A stretch of DNA of 63,747 nucleotides, taken from contig CAWIYV010000012.1 of the NCBI GenBank assembly GCA_963840455.1, positions 1-63,747 of the forward strand, read 5' to 3'. Positions within the stretch are counted from its first letter, which is position 1. Each line of letters begins with the position of its first letter. Shown here in pieces: positions 10,075 to 20,009 of this stretch. The position numbers and the translations under genes are program-made. This DNA is from Nitrospirota bacterium (lineage in GTDB: Bacteria; Nitrospirota; UBA9217). The notes beneath the pieces were generated by a model. It ran no database searches and was not told the DNA's origin. It saw only the letters and a program-made list of their open reading frames with translations.

Positions 10075-10671
10075 TCAGGGTATCATCCCGTCCGATGCAA
10101 GCCGATCGATCATAAGCGCGATGAATTCAGAAACGGCCTTTTGATCGATCACGTCAACCTTCGTCACTGACCGCGCTGCCCAGATGCGCCGCTCGGTCTT
10201 CACATCAAAGAGGATCGTTTCCAGGTACGCCGGCCCTGATGGGTCCACCGTAGGCGCATCGTAGATATATTGATAATAGCCGGCCTGGTTCGAGGGGTCG
10301 GTTGTGCCGGGCTTGGGGATCGGAGATTGGACCGTCTGCTTATCGGTCACGCGCAGGGTCAGAAGAGCCTCAACTCCGAGGTCCTTGATCTTCTTAATAG
10401 CCGTATCCCTATCGACGAGCTTGTCAGGCTCGATGATGACGTAGGCCGGCAGAGCACTGAGCCCCCGCGCCTTCAGCTGACGCACAAATTCATTCTCAGC
10501 GAGGAGCCTGCTCTGTGGGGCCTGAAGGATCCAGAAGACCGCGATCTTCTTTACGACAACGCGATGGTCCTTATCCTTCCAGACATCGGTCAGCACGGTC
10601 TCGGCCGGAACGGCCACCTCCGGCAGGATCGTAACTGCCAGCAATGACAGGAGCAATAAGATCCGCTTCAT
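10075..10671 (-). CDS. Exported DUF4136-like protein (paralog of 3581..4222)
   Basis: MKRILLLL signal; VWKD.D, ENEFV..LK.RG and ETILFDV....IWAA motifs shared with 3581..4222. Confidence 0.7.
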   Translation of the reverse strand: MKRILLLLSLLAVTILPEVAVPAETVLTDVWKDKDHRVVVKKIAVFWILQAPQSRLLAENEFVRQLKARGLSALPAYVIIEPDKLVDRDTAIKKIKDLGVEALLTLRVTDKQTVQSPIPKPGTTDPSNQAGYYQYIYDAPTVDPSGPAYLETILFDVKTERRIWAARSVTKVDVIDQKAVSEFIALMIDRLASDGMIP

Positions 10672-10691
10672 AGAGCTAGACCTCTCAACGG

Positions 10692-12149
10692 TTATTTCCC
10701 GCTGCCCGGCGACGGTGCCGGCCGGGTTCCCGTCGGCTGCGACGAGAGCTTGTCCGCTTCCACGACCCATCCGCCGCCCATTGCCTTGTAGACGTTCACC
10801 AGCGCACGGAGCAGCACATCCTGTGTCTGGGCATAGGAGAGCTGGCTGTTGAACAGACTCCGTTCAGCGTCGAGCACCTCGATATAGCTTGTGTAGCCGT
10901 TCTCATAGCGGAGGCGTGAAAGCCGGGCATATACTGCGAGCGCCTCAACCTGCTGCGCCTGAGCGTCGAGCTGCACGCGCGTACGGTCCTGGTCGATGAG
11001 GGCGTCCTCGAACTCACGGAAACTGTTCCGGATGGCCTGCTCATATCCGAACAAGGCTTCCTGCTGGACCGCCTGCGCGGCCTTCACGGTCCCTTTGATC
11101 TTGCCGGCCGTGAAGATCGGACCCGCCAGCATGCCGGCGTAGCTCCAGGACTTCGCCGGTCCGGTGAAAAGGTCCGAGAGCTCCGTGCTCGCCGAACCGA
11201 AAAATCCCGTGAGTGAGATGGACGGGAAGTACTGCGCTTTTGCCACGCCGATGCGGGCGTTCGCGGCGATCAGCTGCTGCTCGGCCTGACGGATGTCGGG
11301 ACGGCGGGCCAGGAGGTCGGAGGGCAAACCGGCAGGCACTGTTGGCAGTGCGATCTCGTTGATAGCCTTGCCCCGAGCGATCGGACCGGGATTTCTGCCC
11401 AGCAGGAGGTTGATGAAGTTCTCCTGCTGCCGCACACGCTTTTCCAGGTCCGGGATCGCGGCCAGGGCAACGTAGTATTCCGACTTTACCTGGCTCAATT
11501 CCATCTCCGAGATGTTGCCGCCCTTGAAGCGGATATCGAAGAGCTTCACCGATTCCTCGCGGCTCTTTGCGGTCTGTTTGGCGATCTCAAGCTGCTGATC
11601 CAGGGACCGGAGGTCAACATACGCCGTCGCCACCGACGTGACGAGTGACAGGATCACACCGCTCCGGAAGTCCTCGACAGCCATGAGGTCGGCCCGCGCC
11701 GCCTCGGTCGCACGCCGGATCTTGCCCCACAGGTCGATCTCCCAGCTCGCATTGAACTCAGCCTGGTAACTATTATAGATTGAGCTCGTCCCTGGTGTCA
11801 GCGTTATGGGGCCCTTTCCAGTCAACTGTGTCCTGCTGCCGCTCGCGCCGTAGCCGACCTGCGGAAAGAGGTCTGCCCGCGTTGCGCCATACCTGCCGTA
11901 GTACTCCTCGACCCGGGCCGTGGCGATTCGGAGGTCATAGTTTTCCTTAAGCGCGGTCGTGATAAGTTCGTTAAGTGTTGGATCGTTGAACTGCTCCCAC
12001 CAGGCGGTGTTCGCCGTGTCCTTTGCCTGCTGCATATCGACTAACCAGGCGGGCGGCGAGGTGACCTCCGGCTTCCGGTAATCAGGCCCGATGGCGCACC
12101 CCCCCAGCAGCAGGATGGTCATGACAATGACGATCGATCGATTCATCAA
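10692..12149 (-). CDS. RND efflux outer-membrane lipoprotein (NodT/OprM family)
   Basis: Lipobox LGGC, WWEQFNDP, SWEIDLWG, PSDLLARRPDI and YKAMGGGW motifs. Confidence 0.93.
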   Translation of the reverse strand: MMNRSIVIVMTILLLGGCAIGPDYRKPEVTSPPAWLVDMQQAKDTANTAWWEQFNDPTLNELITTALKENYDLRIATARVEEYYGRYGATRADLFPQVGYGASGSRTQLTGKGPITLTPGTSSIYNSYQAEFNASWEIDLWGKIRRATEAARADLMAVEDFRSGVILSLVTSVATAYVDLRSLDQQLEIAKQTAKSREESVKLFDIRFKGGNISEMELSQVKSEYYVALAAIPDLEKRVRQQENFINLLLGRNPGPIARGKAINEIALPTVPAGLPSDLLARRPDIRQAEQQLIAANARIGVAKAQYFPSISLTGFFGSASTELSDLFTGPAKSWSYAGMLAGPIFTAGKIKGTVKAAQAVQQEALFGYEQAIRNSFREFEDALIDQDRTRVQLDAQAQQVEALAVYARLSRLRYENGYTSYIEVLDAERSLFNSQLSYAQTQDVLLRALVNVYKAMGGGWVVEADKLSSQPTGTRPAPSPGSGK

Positions 12150-15100
12150 TGGTCTCCCTTTTCCGTTTTCGTCTCCGCTGCCGTCCCCTGCGTCCCCTTC
12201 TTATGGGACAGCTTCTCGATCACCGTGAAGGCCACGGGGATCATGAACACACCGATACCGGTCGCGGCGAGCATGCCGCCGATCACGGCCAAGCCCATGA
12301 CGTTCCGCGATAGCGCGCCGGCGCCCGATGCCGTGGCGAGCGGTACGCACCCGAGGATGAAGGCGAAGGAGGTCATCAGGATCGGCCGCAGCCGGAGTTT
12401 GGCACCTTCCAGAGCCGCGTCCTCGGCGCTCTTGCCCTTGTCGTACTCGATCTTCGCGAACTCGACGATCAGGATGGCGTTCTTGGCCGCCAGGCCGATC
12501 AGCATGACGAGGCCGATCTGTGCGTAGATGTTCAGCTCCATCCGGCCGACGAAGAGGGCCGCAAAGGCGCCGAACACGGCGATCGGCGTGCCCATGAGCA
12601 CGCTGAAAGGCAGCGACCAGCTCTCATACTGCGCCGCCAGGATCAGGAAGACGAAAAGGAGCGAGAGCGCGAAGACCACCGACGCGGGCACGCCCTCCTG
12701 CGCCTTTTTCTCCTGATAGGACATGCCGAGGTAGTCATAGCCCATCTCCTGCGGCATCGTCGCCTTGAAGACCTCCTCGAGCGCCTTCATGGCCTGCGTC
12801 GAGCTGTAGCCCGGCTTCGGCGTAACGTTGATCTGGGCGGAGCGGTAGAGGTTGTACCGCATGGTGAACTCCGGCCCCGAACGCTGCTCGATGCTCGTGA
12901 GCGCCGAGAGCGGCACGGGCTGGCCTTTGTTGTTCCGCACGTAGAACTGTCCAAGCTGCTCTGCGCGGACGCGCGCGTCGCCCTCGGCCTGCACATAGAC
13001 CTGCCATTGCCTGCCGAAGCGGGTGAAATAGTTCACGAACGAGCCGCCCATGAATGACTGGAGCGTGCCGTAGACGTTCTGGAGATCAACGCCCTGCTTC
13101 AGCACCTTGTCGCGGTCCACGTTGATGAAGATCTGCGGCACCGCCGGCAGGAAGGTCGTCGTGGCGCGCGCGATCTCGGGCCGCTTGACCGCCTCGGCCA
13201 TGAACTTCTGCATGTTCTGGGCAAGGAAAGCGATGTCCTTGCCAACCCTATCCTGTAAGAGGAAGGTGACGCCGCCCGCTGTACCGATACCCGGAATTGC
13301 CGGCGGCGAGAAGGCGAAAGCCACGCCCTGGGGCAGCTTGGCGAGCTTTGCGTTCAGCTCCGCCATGAGCCTGGCGTACTTCTCCTCGGGAGCCTTCCGC
13401 TCGCCCCAGGGTTTCAGCGTGACGAAGAAGAATCCGCTGTACGTGTTCACGACGCCGCTCAGCATGCTGTATCCCATGACGCTGGTGCAGTACTCCACGC
13501 CGGGAGTTTCCATGATGATCTTTTCCATTTCCTTGACCGCCGCGTCGGTCCGCTGGAGCGACGAGGCGTTCGGAAGCTGGATGCCGGCATAAAAATAGCC
13601 CTGGTCCTCCTCGGGCAGGAACCCGCCGGGCAGCCCCTTGCCCAGGCCGGCGACCAGCAGCGTGATGATGCCAAGGAAGATGAGGCTCATGGCCGACTTG
13701 CGGATCAAGATGCCGCAGAACCGGACATACCCGTTCGTCGACTTGCCGAACATGTCATTGAACCAGGCATAGAACTTCCCGAGCAGGCCGCGGGCCTGTT
13801 TCCTCGGCTTCAGGATCAGGGCCGAGAGCGCCGGGCTGAGCGATAGCGCCACGAAGACCGAGATCATCATCGAGATGGCGATGGTGACGGCGAACTGCTG
13901 GTAGAGCTTGCCCGTGATGCCCGGGATGAAGACCGTGGGAAGGAAGACCGCCGAGAGCACGAGGCCGATGGCAACAACAGGCCCGGCCACCTCTTCCATG
14001 GCCTTGATGGCCGCCTCTTTCGGCGTCTTGCCCTTCTCGATGTGGTGCTCCACCGCTTCCACCACCACGATGGCATCGTCAACCACGAGACCGATGGCAA
14101 GCACCATGCCCATGAGCGCGATCGTGTTGATCGAGAACCCGATGACCGGGAAGAATGCGAAGGTACCGATGAGCGAGACCGGCACGGCAAGCGCCGGGAT
14201 GAGCGTGGCCCGCCATCCCTGCAGGAAGATGAAGACCACGATGATCACGAGGATGAGCGCCTCAAAGAGCGTCTGCATGATCTCGTTGATGCCCTCGCGC
14301 ACCGCCTCGGTCGTGTCCAGGGAGACCACGTACTCCAGGTCCTGGGGGAAGTTCTTGCTGACCTGCGTCATCAATTTTTTGACCCCGTCCACAGCGTTGA
14401 TGGCATTCGTGCCGGGAAGCTGGTACAAGGCGAGCACTGCCGACGGTTTTCCGTTCAGCCTTCCGGACATCTCGTAGGTCTGGGAACCGAGCTCGATGCG
14501 GGCAACATCCTTGAGCCGAACCAGCGATCCGTCGGGATTGGCCCGCAGGACGACCTGGCCGAACTCCTCGGGCGTCACGAGCCGTCCCTGGGCGCGGACC
14601 GCGTAGGTGAACTCCATGCCGGCCGGCGCAGGCTCGGCGCCCACCTTTCCTGCCGGGTTCACGGTGTTCTGCTTCTGGATGGCAGCCGTGATCTCGGGGA
14701 TGGTGATGTTCAAGGTCGCAAGCCGGTCCGGCCGGACCCAGACGCGCATGGCGTACTGCCCCGCGCCGAAGACCGTGACGCTGGCGATGCCGGGGACGCG
14801 CGTAAGCTGGTCGTTGATGTTGATGTTGGCGTAGTTGGCCAGGAACGTGGCGTCATAGGTCCCCTTGGGTGAATAGAGCGAAACGACCATGAGCGGCGAT
14901 GACGTTGACTTCTTCACCGTGACACCGAAGTTGCGGACGTCCGAGGGAAGCTGGGAGGATGCCTGGCCCTGGCGCATCTGGGCCAGCACCTGGTCAATGT
15001 TCGGGTCCGTCTTCACGTCGAAGTTGACGTACATCTTCATCTGCCCGTTGTTCGCGTTGAGCGAATACATGTAGTTCATGTTGTCCACGCCGCTCATCTG

Positions 15101-15301
15101 CTGCTCGATGGGGGTTGCAACAGATTGCTCCACGGTCTGGGCATCGGCGCCCACATAGGTCGTGTCGATCAGGATCTCGGGTGGAACGATGTCCGGGTAC
15201 TGGGCGATGGGAAGTCCGAGGATCGAGACGATCCCGACGATCACGATGATGATCGAGATGACGATGGCCACGATGGGCCGGTTGATGAAGAAATTGACCA
15301 T
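12146..15301 (-). CDS. RND efflux permease (HAE1/AcrB family)
   Basis: 1051 aa; FFINRP, GLVVDDAIVVVE, GLAAKNAILIVEFA and RLRPILMTS motifs. Confidence 0.96.
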   Translation of the reverse strand: MVNFFINRPIVAIVISIIIVIVGIVSILGLPIAQYPDIVPPEILIDTTYVGADAQTVEQSVATPIEQQMSGVDNMNYMYSLNANNGQMKMYVNFDVKTDPNIDQVLAQMRQGQASSQLPSDVRNFGVTVKKSTSSPLMVVSLYSPKGTYDATFLANYANININDQLTRVPGIASVTVFGAGQYAMRVWVRPDRLATLNITIPEITAAIQKQNTVNPAGKVGAEPAPAGMEFTYAVRAQGRLVTPEEFGQVVLRANPDGSLVRLKDVARIELGSQTYEMSGRLNGKPSAVLALYQLPGTNAINAVDGVKKLMTQVSKNFPQDLEYVVSLDTTEAVREGINEIMQTLFEALILVIIVVFIFLQGWRATLIPALAVPVSLIGTFAFFPVIGFSINTIALMGMVLAIGLVVDDAIVVVEAVEHHIEKGKTPKEAAIKAMEEVAGPVVAIGLVLSAVFLPTVFIPGITGKLYQQFAVTIAISMMISVFVALSLSPALSALILKPRKQARGLLGKFYAWFNDMFGKSTNGYVRFCGILIRKSAMSLIFLGIITLLVAGLGKGLPGGFLPEEDQGYFYAGIQLPNASSLQRTDAAVKEMEKIIMETPGVEYCTSVMGYSMLSGVVNTYSGFFFVTLKPWGERKAPEEKYARLMAELNAKLAKLPQGVAFAFSPPAIPGIGTAGGVTFLLQDRVGKDIAFLAQNMQKFMAEAVKRPEIARATTTFLPAVPQIFINVDRDKVLKQGVDLQNVYGTLQSFMGGSFVNYFTRFGRQWQVYVQAEGDARVRAEQLGQFYVRNNKGQPVPLSALTSIEQRSGPEFTMRYNLYRSAQINVTPKPGYSSTQAMKALEEVFKATMPQEMGYDYLGMSYQEKKAQEGVPASVVFALSLLFVFLILAAQYESWSLPFSVLMGTPIAVFGAFAALFVGRMELNIYAQIGLVMLIGLAAKNAILIVEFAKIEYDKGKSAEDAALEGAKLRLRPILMTSFAFILGCVPLATASGAGALSRNVMGLAVIGGMLAATGIGVFMIPVAFTVIEKLSHKKGTQGTAAETKTEKGDH

Positions 15302-15518
15302 AGATTACCTCGCGAAGAAATATTGTCAGGTCACTGACAACTGAAAAGACAACACCGAGAAACAAGGCTTCTTTTTCGGCAGCCGCGCTGCTCCGACGGG
15401 CTAAGCATGCAGGTAGCCGGTACACGTTCCATGAACTGCCATGCTGCTCCCGGCAGCGCTTCCCCTCCCTAAAAAGCCGAATCAGGTCGGACGCGCTGCT
15501 GAAAAGCTTCTGTGGTCA

Positions 15519-15635
15519 TTGAAGCTTCCTGCAGCAAGCTGCAGGGAATCTTCGATCCTCAAGGTAGTAGTTTTATTCTAATCGCTCGCTAACCCCGCAG
15601 CAAGCTACGGGGAATGCGCTCGCTCCTGGATTCAA
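15519..15635. mobile_element. 117-bp non-autonomous element with two subterminal hairpins (IS200/IS605-like), copy 1
   Basis: TTGAAG-(hairpin TTCCTGCAGC-AA-GCTGCAGGGAA)...(hairpin CCCCGCAGC-AA-GCTACGGGG)...GGATTCAA. A same-length copy lies at 60354..60470. Confidence 0.65.
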
Positions 15636-15724
15636 AGCGTCAGCCGGCATGCTCAACGCACCTGTCGTCGCAGCGGACTGCCCGGGGTTTAAGAAAAGCC
15701 ATGGAACCTCATTGCACCAACCCA

Positions 15725-15900
15725 TGCGAACATTCCCGGCAGGCGACCGAGTCCGAGGGTTAAACATTTCGGATGTCTGAGCCCGAAGGGCGAGTTTCCG
15801 AAATGTACCGAGGACGATCGAGCATGCCGGACCAGAATGTTCGCCGGGTGCCCTTCTTGGGCGCCACCCTTCTTCGGGCAAGCAAGAAGGGTGGCAATAC
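15725..15900. repeat. Structured palindromic intergenic element
   Basis: ACATTTCGGA...TCCGAAATGT around TGTCTGAGCCCGAAGGGCGAGTT; GCGAACATTC...GAATGTTCGC arms; terminal hairpin GCCACCCTTCTT...AAGAAGGGTGGC. Confidence 0.55.
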
Positions 15901-15966
15901 GCAATGGATACGGCTACACTACCCTCCTCGTTAGTTACAAGTGTCACTAGATGTAACTTTGGTATC

Positions 15967-17187
15967 CTACCTCTGCTCGTGGCCCGCGACGGGCTTGCCC
16001 GACGAGGTCGGCGCAGGCTGCGCGGACGGCTGTGCGGGCTGAGCAGCTGACTGCGCCGTTGACGATTCCATCGACACCACCTTGGGATTGACGGTCATGC
16101 CGTCCTTCACCTTCTGCAGGCCCTCGACCACGATGCGCTCGCCGGGCTGCAGCCCCTCCGAGATCACCACGAGCGACCCGGTCTTCACGCCGGGCTTGAC
16201 GGTCCGAACCGAGACCTTATTATCGGCGCCGACGACCGCCACCTGGAAATTGCCCTGCAGTTCGTTGACGGCGCGCTGCGGCACTACTACCGCGCCCGGG
16301 ATCGTCTGCATGACCGCGCGGACCTTGGCATACTGGCCCGGCCGGAGCACGTTCCCGGGATTCGGGAAAAGGATCGCAAGCTTGAGCGTTCCGGTCATGG
16401 CGTCCACCTGCCGGTCAGCAAAGCCGAACTCGCCCTGCTTCGGATAAACGCTCCCGTCAGAAAGGACCAGGTCGATCTGCCGCTTCGGCGCGCCTGGCGC
16501 CGGCTTGCTCGCCTGGGCATGAAGGAATTCCTGCTCGCTGATCGGCACCCAGACCTTGATGGGGTCCACGGTCGAGACCGTGGTCAGCTCATCGACCGTT
16601 CCCGGCCCCACAAGGTTCCCGATCTGGGCCTTGGCAACACCCGCGACGCCGTCGATGGGTGAGGTGATCCGCGTGAACCCCAGGTCCAACTGCGCCTTGT
16701 CCAGGGCGGCCTTCGCCGCATCGTAGGCTGAATGAGCCGATGACTCGTTCCCGATCGCGTCATCAAGGTCCTTTTTGCTCACCGCGTTCTGCTCCGCCAG
16801 CGGCTTGATGCGCGCCAGGTTCGCCTGGGTCTGGTCCCAGCGCGCCTTCTTCTGCGCCACGTCTGCCTTGGCCTGGTCTACAGCGGCCTGGAAGGTCCGG
16901 GGGTCGATCTGGAACAGCACCTGCCCCTTCTTGACGAACTGGCCCTCGGTGTAGACCTGCTTGGTCAGGTAACCCTGGACCTGGGCGCGTATCACGGCGT
17001 TGACCGACCCGTCCATGCTGCCCACCCACTCCCTCTCAACTTTCACGTCCTGCTTGGCAACCTCGGCAACTTCGACGTCTGTCGGACCGGCCACCTTGAC
17101 TTCTTTCTTGCATCCCGTTGCTGCCACCACGAGCAGGACCAGGACCATGAGGCCGGGAATCATCCTTTTCGGCGAACTACAGCGCAT
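15967..17187 (-). CDS. RND efflux periplasmic adaptor (MFP)
   Basis: Likely start 17187 (RBS GGAGG), lipobox ATGC, IRAQVQG, FTRITSPIDG, LRPGQY and GLQPGERIVVEG motifs. Confidence 0.93.
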   Translation of the reverse strand: MRCSSPKRMIPGLMVLVLLVVAATGCKKEVKVAGPTDVEVAEVAKQDVKVEREWVGSMDGSVNAVIRAQVQGYLTKQVYTEGQFVKKGQVLFQIDPRTFQAAVDQAKADVAQKKARWDQTQANLARIKPLAEQNAVSKKDLDDAIGNESSAHSAYDAAKAALDKAQLDLGFTRITSPIDGVAGVAKAQIGNLVGPGTVDELTTVSTVDPIKVWVPISEQEFLHAQASKPAPGAPKRQIDLVLSDGSVYPKQGEFGFADRQVDAMTGTLKLAILFPNPGNVLRPGQYAKVRAVMQTIPGAVVVPQRAVNELQGNFQVAVVGADNKVSVRTVKPGVKTGSLVVISEGLQPGERIVVEGLQKVKDGMTVNPKVVSMESSTAQSAAQPAQPSAQPAPTSSGKPVAGHEQR

Positions 17188-17446
17188 GAAACACCTCCCT
17201 GAGATAAAAGAATCTGAACGCAGGTCCTGCACGATGTAAGCGATGCAAAATCTAATAAACGATGGCATGCAGAGAAGATCTACAATTGTTAAGGAGAAAA
17301 TCCGAAGGAACGGTTTAAATCTATCATGCGTGGCAGCAAGAGTCAATCGGGAATACCAGGGAAAAACCGCCAAATCCGCGGATCGCAGTGGTCCCGTCCC
17401 TTTCATCACGCAACTGGGCTGCGTGGTCGCCGGAGGTCCGTCATTC

Positions 17447-19705
17447 TCACGGCCTTCCGAGAAAGAAGTAGAAGCTTCTATTGCTGTCTTCCCCCATGCC
17501 ATAGCCGATATAGATCGGGCCGAGCGGCGTGTCGGCCGCAAGGAACAGCGATCCCGACGTCAGCGTCCCGGTCGGGTTGCCGGGGACCAACTGGCCGCCG
17601 ATCCGGCCGACCTCGAGGGAAGCTCCGGCATACACGCCTTCCGTCATCACCGCCTTCGACAGTTTCCGGTAATACACCAGCCGCCCGAAGGCAAGGGAAT
17701 CGCCGTAGAACTGCCCGGTCCGGTACCCGGACAATCTCAAGAATCCGCCGAAGGAGAACTGATCGTAGACAGGCAGCGGAGAGGAGCCGATCGTCCCGCC
17801 CCCCTTGAGCCCGATCTGCACGGTGTTGTCGCCGAAGGAAACGGCGGATTGGACATCGCCTTCCCAGCGCGTATAGTTGTCGCGAGCGCCCAATCCGGTT
17901 TGCGAATCAAATATCTCCGCAGTGGCGGCATAGCCGCTGCGCGGGAACTTTATGCTGTCAAGCTGGTCTATGCGCAGGCGGGCGCGCACCGCGCCTATGT
18001 CCGCCTGGTCTTCCGCCGGCACCATGTACGAAGGCCCCGAATTCAGCTTGAAAGACTGTTGGCCGCCGACAAGGCCGACGCGCAATTCGCCGTACTTGGT
18101 GATCTGGCTGCCCAGGTCCAGACCCGCGGTCGTGCTGCGGTTGTTGTACTTGGCGAGAACCGTGCTCCCCTGGAATATCTGCACATAATTCTGGTCGTAC
18201 TCCACCATCGGCGCCACGAAAAGGTACCGGTGGACGGACAAGGGCTGGTAGAACTCCGAGAAGAATTGGGTCGCCTGTCCCACCTGGACATCGTTGCGCC
18301 ATTCAGCTCCCAGGCTGTTGACCCATGTTTTCCGGTAGCTGCCGAGCACATTGAAGTACGCATCGCCTCCGGATTCAGCGGACAGCCCGAGGCCGAAACG
18401 CAGATAGTCGGGCCCCCAGGATTTCTCCACTGCGTCGACCACCAGGATCCGCTTCCCCGGCTCCTCGATGAGCCGGTATCCGACATGCTCGAAATCCCCC
18501 CTCCCGTAGATGCGCCGCATGTCGGCGTCCACGACCTTGATATCCAGCGGTTTGCCGACCTGCGTTTCCATGTTCTCTGCAATGACCTTGGGATTGACGC
18601 GCTTCAGGCCTTCCACACGGATCTCGTTGATCGGCCTGGTGTCGGCGGCCGCCGCACGCGTCTGCCGGCGCCGGTGCTCCTCATACTGCTGTGGTGAGAT
18701 GCTGTAGCGCGACAGCTGGTCCTTGACCTTTCGCGCGGCGGCCTCGCCGATAGGCACGGTGTCCGGCATGTGGTCGAAATCGGTGGCAGAATAATCTCCC
18801 AGCTCGGGCACGATGAGGATGTCATCGGGTTTGAGCGAATCAAGCGAGGCCGAAACGTTCTGCTCGGTCAGGATGTTGATCATCTGGCCCGTGACGCCGA
18901 GCAGCGAACTGATCTCGTCGCGCTTCATGAGCGGCGTGCCGAGGTTGACCGCGATGATGATGTCGGCGCCCATGTCGCGCGCCACGTTCACCGGCAGGTT
19001 GCGGGTCAGGCCTCCATCCACCAGCATCTTGCCATCGATCTCAGCCGGCGCTATCGCGCCCGGCACCGACATGCTTGCGCGCATGACCGCAGCCAGGTCG
19101 CCCGAACGGAACACCACACTCTTGCCGAACTCGATATCCGTGGCGCAGGCCCGGAACGGGATCGGCAGCGTATCGAAGTCAACGGGGCCCTTGACCTTGG
19201 CCAGGTCGCGCAGCACGGCCTCCAGTCCGATGCCGGTCACGACGCCTTTCGGCAGAAGCAGCTTGCCGCGGCGGAATCCCAGTTCAGGCCCGATGTAGTT
19301 CTTCAGATCATCCTCCTTGCGCCGTATGGAGATATCCTGCCGCGGTGGTGAGTCCGTTGCCAGGTCCGCCGACTTGATGGTGCTGATGTCGCGCAGCATC
19401 TGGTCCACGGTATTGCCCGAGGCGTAGGAACCTCCCACGATAGAGCCCATGCTGGTGCCGGCAATGTAGTCGACGGGCACGCGCATTTCTTCGAGCACCT
19501 TCAGCACACCAATGTGCGCTGCTCCGCGTGCGCCGCCGCCGGAGAGGACAAGGCCGATGCGCGGCCTCGGTTTGGCGGCCGCAGTGGTGTCAGTTTTCTC
19601 GGCGGCGGATACAGGTGCCGCTCCCGCCGCCAGGACCAAAGCGAGCATGCATGCCGCCCTCCACCATCCTGTCTTCCTGATGCGCTTCGTCATCAAGGTT
19701 TCCAT
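17447..19705 (-). CDS. Patatin-POTRA-beta-barrel protein (PlpD/type Vd-like)
   Basis: Signal peptide; GGGARG, GTSMG and DGG patatin motifs; POTRA-like linker; C-terminal barrel ending DTPLGPIYIGYG...FYFFLGRP. Confidence 0.88.
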   Translation of the reverse strand: METLMTKRIRKTGWWRAACMLALVLAAGAAPVSAAEKTDTTAAAKPRPRIGLVLSGGGARGAAHIGVLKVLEEMRVPVDYIAGTSMGSIVGGSYASGNTVDQMLRDISTIKSADLATDSPPRQDISIRRKEDDLKNYIGPELGFRRGKLLLPKGVVTGIGLEAVLRDLAKVKGPVDFDTLPIPFRACATDIEFGKSVVFRSGDLAAVMRASMSVPGAIAPAEIDGKMLVDGGLTRNLPVNVARDMGADIIIAVNLGTPLMKRDEISSLLGVTGQMINILTEQNVSASLDSLKPDDILIVPELGDYSATDFDHMPDTVPIGEAAARKVKDQLSRYSISPQQYEEHRRRQTRAAAADTRPINEIRVEGLKRVNPKVIAENMETQVGKPLDIKVVDADMRRIYGRGDFEHVGYRLIEEPGKRILVVDAVEKSWGPDYLRFGLGLSAESGGDAYFNVLGSYRKTWVNSLGAEWRNDVQVGQATQFFSEFYQPLSVHRYLFVAPMVEYDQNYVQIFQGSTVLAKYNNRSTTAGLDLGSQITKYGELRVGLVGGQQSFKLNSGPSYMVPAEDQADIGAVRARLRIDQLDSIKFPRSGYAATAEIFDSQTGLGARDNYTRWEGDVQSAVSFGDNTVQIGLKGGGTIGSSPLPVYDQFSFGGFLRLSGYRTGQFYGDSLAFGRLVYYRKLSKAVMTEGVYAGASLEVGRIGGQLVPGNPTGTLTSGSLFLAADTPLGPIYIGYGMGEDSNRSFYFFLGRP

Positions 19706-19750
19706 TGGTCCTCCCCTTACTATGGTCGTTCAGCAGATCCGCTCTGAGCG

Positions 19751-19835
19751 GTCATTGCGAGAAACGTTAGCGACGAAGCAATCTCGCAGTACATATACGA
19801 TCAAGCCGCGATTGCTTCGCTGCGCTCGCAAAGAC
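19751..19835. repeat. GTCATTGCGAG-type palindromic repeat
   Basis: GTCATTGCGAG...CGACGAAGCAATCTC and inverted arm GCGATTGCTTCGCTGCGCTCGCAAAGAC. Confidence 0.7.
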
Positions 19836-20009
19836 ACCCTAACCTAAATCGTTGTCGGGCAATCTGTCAGTTCCTACGTCTGATGCGTTTCAGGTCTAGG
19901 AACCCGGTGATGACGCGGTCCATGACGGTATAGATAGCCTTGTTAAACCATTACCTGCATCACTGCACCTGTCGAGCAGCCACAAAAGCGGACAGCAGGA
20001 AAACAGCTC

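Noticed and set aside
15573-15947. 124-aa ORF in the RND spacer (and similar small ORFs at 60299..60692 and 63257..63601)
   Set aside because: They overlap palindromic repeat elements and lack protein-like features.
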